Shown here piece by piece: positions 59,234 through 64,000 of a stretch of 64,000 nucleotides of DNA (positions are counted from its first letter, which is position 1; each line of letters opens with the position of its first letter). The notes below the pieces were generated by a model, which had not been told where the DNA came from, searched no databases, and saw nothing but the letters and a program-made list of their open reading frames with translations. This DNA comes from Nitrospira japonica (lineage in GTDB: Bacteria; Nitrospirota; Thermodesulfovibrionia; Thermodesulfovibrionales; SM23-35): positions 58,555 to 122,554 of the forward strand of contig DYFC01000054.1 of the NCBI GenBank assembly GCA_020725385.1, read 5' to 3'. Made by a program: the position numbers and the translations under genes.

Positions 59234-60322
59234 TTAATTCTTATAGATTTTGATGAAGTTATATAAAGTATCTCTTTCTACAGGGATTCTGCCAGCCTCA
59301 TAAATAAGTTGAAGAAGTTCTTCTTTGGTAATTGACTGCTCTGTTTCGGCTCCTGCTGCATGTGTTATTTTTTCTTCAACTACAGTGCCATCAAGGTCAT
59401 CTACTCCAAACAATAGAGATAATTGCGCAACCTTTAACCCGAGCATTATCCAGAAAGCTTTAATATGCGGAAAATTATCAAGAACAAGTCTTGATACTGC
59501 AAGCATTTTAAGGCTCTCAAAAGCAGAAGGTTTTTTATATTGAGTTAGCTGAGTATTCTGTGGATGAAATGGTAACGGGATAAAAGATTGAAATCCTGAT
59601 GTTTCATCTTGAAGCTCTCTTAATCTTAAAAGGTGGTCAATTCTTTCTTCAATTGTTTCGATATGGCCGAAAAGCATTGTAGCATTTGATTTCAAGCCAA
59701 GTGAATGGGCTGTTCTCATAACTTCAAGCCATTCATCTGCAGTTGCTTTTTTTGAGCAAACAGCTTCCCTAACTCTATGATTCAATATCTCTGCTCCTCC
59801 TCCTGGAAGTGAGCCCAATCCTGAGTTTTTCAGGGTTGTTAGAACTTCCTTGATTGAAAGACCTGATATTTTTGAGAAATAAGCAATTTCAACAGCAGTG
59901 AATGCTTGAATATGAACCTCAGGCATAAGATTTTTTAAACATGATAAAACATCAACATAATATTGAAATGGAAAATCAGGATGAAGCCCGCTTACAATGT
60001 GAAATTCTGTTATTCCGATATCCATTGCAGAACGAGCTATTTTTTCAACTTCATCTAAAGACATTGCATAGGCATCAGCATCTCCTTTATCTCTGCTAAA
60101 AGCACAGAATTTGCAACGGGAGACACAGATATTTGTAAGATTAATATGACGGTTTACATTAAAAAAAACGTAATCGCCTGATTTTTTCTTCCTTACTTTA
60201 TCAGCAAGCCGAGCAATTGATAATATGTCATTTGATTCCATAAGAGCTGCTGAATCCTCTTTTGTGAGACGAATGTTCTTATCAACTTTTTCTGATATTT
60301 CTTCAAAAATTTTATGTGACAT
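59234..60322 (-). CDS. mqnE: Aminodeoxyfutalosine synthase (radical SAM)
   Basis: NRHINLTNICVSRCKFCAF, EFHIVSGLHP, AFTAVEI, HIKAFW, DLDGTVVEEKITHAAG. Confidence 0.93.
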   Translation of the reverse strand: MSHKIFEEISEKVDKNIRLTKEDSAALMESNDILSIARLADKVRKKKSGDYVFFNVNRHINLTNICVSRCKFCAFSRDKGDADAYAMSLDEVEKIARSAMDIGITEFHIVSGLHPDFPFQYYVDVLSCLKNLMPEVHIQAFTAVEIAYFSKISGLSIKEVLTTLKNSGLGSLPGGGAEILNHRVREAVCSKKATADEWLEVMRTAHSLGLKSNATMLFGHIETIEERIDHLLRLRELQDETSGFQSFIPLPFHPQNTQLTQYKKPSAFESLKMLAVSRLVLDNFPHIKAFWIMLGLKVAQLSLLFGVDDLDGTVVEEKITHAAGAETEQSITKEELLQLIYEAGRIPVERDTLYNFIKIYKN

Positions 60323-60339
60323 AATTTAAAACCTCACAA

Positions 60340-60930
60340 TTAATAATTTTTGTTATTTCTCCAACCTTTTAACAAATTGTGGTTAATGCCCAGTAAGTTC
60401 AGAACTTTTGCTACAACAAAATCAATGACATCCTCAATTTTTTTAGGATGATGATAAAATGCAGGCATAGCAGGTAATATAATTCCACCTGCTTTTGTAA
60501 CTCTAACCATGTTTTCGAGATGTATCAAACTAAAAGGAGTTTCGCGTACAACAAGAATTAATTTTCTTCTTTCTTTAAGAGCTACATCAGCGGTTCTTTC
60601 AAGAAGATTTGTAGAAATTCCACTAGCAATTGATGCAAGTTTTCCCATACTGCATGGGATTATTATAAGTGCATCAAAAGGATTTGAACCACTCATGAAA
60701 GGAGCTTCAAAATTGTTGTTATCCCAGATTCTTAAGAAGTTTTTGCATAAAGGAAGCTTACTTTTTAATTCTTTATCATTGGATATGTCCACTTCTTCTT
60801 TTAAAACCATTCTACCAGCATTTGTAATTATCAAATCAACATTATGCTTTTGCAGACAGAGTTCACGGATTAAATGGATACCATAAATACTACCGCTTGC
60901 TCCTGTTATACCAACAATATAATTAGCCAC
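60340..60930 (-). CDS. ubiX: Flavin prenyltransferase UbiX (MqnM-type)
   Basis: VGITGASG..YG, SGS, PCSM, R.ADV.LKE.R.L.LV.RETP, PAFY; GTG start at 60930 with AGGAG RBS. Confidence 0.93.
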   Translation of the reverse strand: MANYIVGITGASGSIYGIHLIRELCLQKHNVDLIITNAGRMVLKEEVDISNDKELKSKLPLCKNFLRIWDNNNFEAPFMSGSNPFDALIIIPCSMGKLASIASGISTNLLERTADVALKERRKLILVVRETPFSLIHLENMVRVTKAGGIILPAMPAFYHHPKKIEDVIDFVVAKVLNLLGINHNLLKGWRNNKNY

Positions 60931-61789
60931 CTGTACTCCTTTTTGAAATAATTTCAATCAAAGCGAAGGAAAACATTATGACACTTATAACACCATTCAT
61001 CGTAAAAAAAACCATATTAAGTCTTGATAAATCATTTTGCTTAATAATCAGATTTTCATAAGCAAGCAATATTCCCGAGATTGCAACTCCTGTAAAATAA
61101 AAAGTTCCAAGATTAAGTCTTATACCTACCCATATGAGCAAAATCACAGAACTTATATGAAGGATTTTGGTAAGTACCAGTGAATTATTAATGCCAAATT
61201 TTGCAGGAATTGAATAAAGTTTATTCTTGCGGTCAAAATCAATGTCCTGCAAAGCATAGAATATATCAAAACCAGCTACCCAAAATAAGACTGCTGCCCC
61301 TATAATGATAGGCTCCAAACTTATTTTATTAGTTATTGCAACCCATGCACCAATAGGAGCGAGACCAAGACATAAACCTAAAACAAAGTGAGAAAGCCAT
61401 GTGAATCTTTTTGTGTAAGGATATATAACAAAGGGGATTACAACAAAAGGCCATAGATAACGGCATATTGGAGCAAGCTGATAAACAGCTATTAAAAATA
61501 TAGTGAGGCTGATTATAGAAAAAAGAACTACATTTGAAACTGACAATAAACCTTTTGGCAATGCCCTATTAGCTGTTCGTGGATTTCTTCTATCAATATC
61601 AATATCTATCAAACGGTTTAATGCCATTGCAAAGCTTCTTGCGCCAACCATCGCAATTGTTATCCATAGTATTGTCATAAAATCAGGAACTTTCTTTTCA
61701 GCAAGAAATGCGCCTAAATAAGCAAAAGGAAGGGCAAAAATGCTGTGTTGAAACTTAATCATCTCAAGATAGATTTTTATCTTATTCAA
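60923..61789 (-). CDS. UbiA-family polyprenyltransferase (MqnP-type)
   Basis: IKFQHSIFALPFA, ARSFAM.LNRL.D..ID..NPRT..R.LP, YPYTKRF, GFDI.YALQD; the start is probably the TTG at 61789. Confidence 0.92.
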   Translation of the reverse strand: MNKIKIYLEMIKFQHSIFALPFAYLGAFLAEKKVPDFMTILWITIAMVGARSFAMALNRLIDIDIDRRNPRTANRALPKGLLSVSNVVLFSIISLTIFLIAVYQLAPICRYLWPFVVIPFVIYPYTKRFTWLSHFVLGLCLGLAPIGAWVAITNKISLEPIIIGAAVLFWVAGFDIFYALQDIDFDRKNKLYSIPAKFGINNSLVLTKILHISSVILLIWVGIRLNLGTFYFTGVAISGILLAYENLIIKQNDLSRLNMVFFTMNGVISVIMFSFALIEIISKRSTGG

Positions 61790-63227
61790 GTCCGTATTCC
61801 TTCCAGCGTCTTTCAACAAGCTTTTTTATGTCTTCAGACATATGAATTTCATCAGGCCATTCTCTCTGATAACCTTCTTCTTTCCATTTCTTTGTCGCAT
61901 CTACTCCCATCTTTGCTCCGTATAAAGGCCGTGGCGCAGAATGATCAAGGACATCGAGAGGACCTTCGGATATTAAAATATCTCTTGCAGGATCAACATT
62001 ATTGAAAGCTTTCCAGGCTGCTACGGAAGTATTCTGCACATCCACATCTTCATCATAAATGAATATGAATTTTGTAAACATCATCTGACCGAGTCCCCAT
62101 ATCGCATTTATTATTTTTCTTGCATGCATCGGGAAAGATTTTTTTATTGAAATTAAAGCACAGTTATGGAAGACTCCCTCCAATGGAAGATTTACATCCA
62201 CAATCTCAGGAAACTGCATTTTTATGAATGGAAGAAACAATCTCTCCGTTGCTTTTCCCATGTAACAATCTTCCATCGGTGGTTTGCCAACAATTGTTGC
62301 AGGATAAATTGGATTTTTTCTCTGAGTGATGCATGTAATATGAAAAACAGGATATGGCGCTGCTATTGAATAATATCCTGTATGGTCCCCAAAAGGTCCT
62401 TCAATTCTTTCATCACCAGCCTGTACATAACCTTCAAGAATAATTTCAGCATTAGCAGGAACTAATAAATTAACAGTTTTTGCTTTAACTACCTCAACAG
62501 GCTTTCCCCTTAAAAATCCTGCAAAAAATAGTTCCTCTATGTTGTATGGCAAAGGAGCTGTTGCTGCAAATATTGTAACAGGATCTCCACCAATTGCAAC
62601 AGCAACCTCCATCTTTCTGTTATTTTTTATAGTCTTTCTGAAATTTACTGCTCCATCATGGTGAGTATGCCAGTGCATACCTGTTGATTTCTCATCAAAA
62701 ACCTGCATTCTGTACATGCCAAGATTCTGCTTGCCTGTATCAGGATCTTTGGTAACAACAAGAGGCAAAGTTATGAATCTTCCTGCATCATCAGGCCATG
62801 TCTTTAGCACAGGATAATCAAATAACGAAAAATCTTTATCTTTTACAATTTCCTGACAGGGAGCTTTTTTTACTTCCTTAGGCTTTGAAGAACTTAATTT
62901 ATAAAGATCAAAAAGCACTTCAAGTTTTTGCTTAAGTTTCATTTCAGGGTCAGGCTTAAGAAGCGAAGAAAATTTATTTTCGATCTCCTTAAAATTATCA
63001 AAACCCAAAGCCCATGCCATACGCTGATAAGACCCGAAAAGATTAATAGCAACAGGATATTTTGAGCCCCTTACATTTTCGAAAAAAAGAGCAGGTCCAT
63101 TTTTCTTCGAAACTCTGTCAGTAATTTCTGAAATCTCAAGTACAGAATCAACCTCGGTCTTTATACGTTTAAGCTCTTTCTTCTTTTCAAGAAAATCTAT
63201 AAATTCTCTTAAATCATTAAAAATCAT
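61782..63227 (-). CDS. UbiD-family menaquinone biosynthesis decarboxylase (MqnL-type)
   Basis: WP.DAGRFITLP, NLGMYRMQ, MHW, EGPFGDHTGYY, GKPPMED, GPLDVLDH. Confidence 0.93.
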   Translation of the reverse strand: MIFNDLREFIDFLEKKKELKRIKTEVDSVLEISEITDRVSKKNGPALFFENVRGSKYPVAINLFGSYQRMAWALGFDNFKEIENKFSSLLKPDPEMKLKQKLEVLFDLYKLSSSKPKEVKKAPCQEIVKDKDFSLFDYPVLKTWPDDAGRFITLPLVVTKDPDTGKQNLGMYRMQVFDEKSTGMHWHTHHDGAVNFRKTIKNNRKMEVAVAIGGDPVTIFAATAPLPYNIEELFFAGFLRGKPVEVVKAKTVNLLVPANAEIILEGYVQAGDERIEGPFGDHTGYYSIAAPYPVFHITCITQRKNPIYPATIVGKPPMEDCYMGKATERLFLPFIKMQFPEIVDVNLPLEGVFHNCALISIKKSFPMHARKIINAIWGLGQMMFTKFIFIYDEDVDVQNTSVAAWKAFNNVDPARDILISEGPLDVLDHSAPRPLYGAKMGVDATKKWKEEGYQREWPDEIHMSEDIKKLVERRWKEYGLE

Positions 63228-63850
63228 TTTCTTTCTCCAATAAGTCCTGATTTAAAAATATCTTTTAAAGTCTTAGCTGCGCTAAAAAGCGAAAATTTAA
63301 AGGCTCTGCTTTTTTCAGCTTTTGATTCACTCAGAACCCAGCTTAATAATATTCCCTGCGCTGCACCAAATATAATCATTCTTGCAACACGTGTATCGAG
63401 ATTCTTTTTGTATAACCCTTTATTCTTCCCTTCAATTAAAACAGATTCAATAATATCGAGAAATTCAACTATTCTATTGATTGTGTAATTATTCAGGAAA
63501 ATATTGCTCTGTTTCATATCAATCATAAAAAGTTCTGCAAGATGCCTATTTTTTCTAAACATACTTACAATGGATGTAAAAATAGCTTTTAATTTATCAT
63601 TAGGGTCTTCAATCCTGTCGATTTTCTTTCTTATATCATTAATAATGATGTTCCATTTTTCATCAAAGAGAGCGAGCAGAAGCTCCTCTTTACTTTGAAA
63701 ATAATTATACAGGGTGCCTTCAGCCACTCCTGCTTCAGCAGCTATTTCAGCGACTTTAGTATCAGAATAGCCCCGCTTTGCGAATGTTCTAAGGGCAGCA
63801 TCAAGAATTAAAGAACGTTTGTCATTTATCTTCTTGTTAAATATTTTCAT
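63224..63850 (-). CDS. TetR/AcrR-family regulator (FadR/YsiA-like)
   Basis: ILDAALRTFAKRGY..T.V.EIA.EAGVAEGTLYNYFQSKEELL. The ATG at 63850 is preferred because the longer start overlaps the promoter. Confidence 0.92.
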   Translation of the reverse strand: MKIFNKKINDKRSLILDAALRTFAKRGYSDTKVAEIAAEAGVAEGTLYNYFQSKEELLLALFDEKWNIIINDIRKKIDRIEDPNDKLKAIFTSIVSMFRKNRHLAELFMIDMKQSNIFLNNYTINRIVEFLDIIESVLIEGKNKGLYKKNLDTRVARMIIFGAAQGILLSWVLSESKAEKSRAFKFSLFSAAKTLKDIFKSGLIGERK

Positions 63851-63856
63851 GCTTTT

Positions 63857-63878
63857 ATTGAGTGAGTGCTCACTCAAT
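63857..63878. promoter_or_regulatory. Palindromic operator, likely bound by the adjacent TetR
   Basis: ATTGAGTGAG-TG-CTCACTCAAT with perfect 10-bp arms, located between the -10 element and the ATG. Confidence 0.8.
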
Positions 63879-63906
63879 TTTAATGTATACAAATCCTTCA
63901 AGTCAA
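63877..63906 (-). promoter_or_regulatory. Sigma70-type promoter of the tetR-mqn operon
   Basis: Minus strand TTGACT-18 nt-TAAAAT. Confidence 0.55.
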
Positions 63907-63976
63907 TGATTCGAATTGCCTCATCAAAAATCTAACTGAAACTGATTCATTGCCTCATTTAAAAATCTAAATGAAA
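63907..63976. repeat. ~35-bp imperfect tandem duplication
   Basis: tgattcgaattgcctcatcaaaaatctaactgaaa / tgattcattgcctcatttaaaaatctaaatgaaa. Confidence 0.65.
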
Positions 63977-64000
63977 TAGAAAGACATTACAAGGATTAAA

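Noticed and set aside
63907-63976. CRISPR repeat pair
   Set aside because: Two adjacent imperfect copies with no spacer; simple duplication.

Overview
Low-GC window from a Gram-negative, dissimilatory sulfite/sulfate-reducing bacterium. A Nitrospirota (Thermodesulfovibrionia-like) host is my inference from DsrC and the housekeeping proteins, not a tested result. There are four blocks. (1) Envelope biogenesis genes bamA-skp-skp-lpxD. (2) A reductive dsr cluster (dsrABD, dsrN, dsrC, dsrTMKJOP, ferredoxin, tusA) interleaved with uncharacterised HEAT, TPR, YkgJ and Zn-ribbon genes. (3) A ~34 kb minus-strand accessory block containing an apparently complete extracellular contractile injection system (eCIS): AAA+ ATPase, DUF4255, sheath, two tubes, tail chaperone, LysM, split VgrG, PAAR, gp25, two baseplate J genes, tail I and fibre, plus three HExxH metallopeptidase cargo candidates and a putative lysin/membrane pair. 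(4) A TetR-led futalosine-type menaquinone operon. The most notable signals are two apparent translational recoding sites in the eCIS. One is an in-frame UGA followed by a hairpin, which joins two annotated ORFs into one 741-aa DUF4157-OmpA-peptidase cargo (possible selenocysteine or read-through). The other is a GGGGGAA slippery site with a strong stem-loop, predicting a -1 frameshift that fuses the tail chaperone to the next ORF. No rRNA, tRNA, CRISPR array, integrase or transposase was seen. All calls come from motif reading; no database searches were run.
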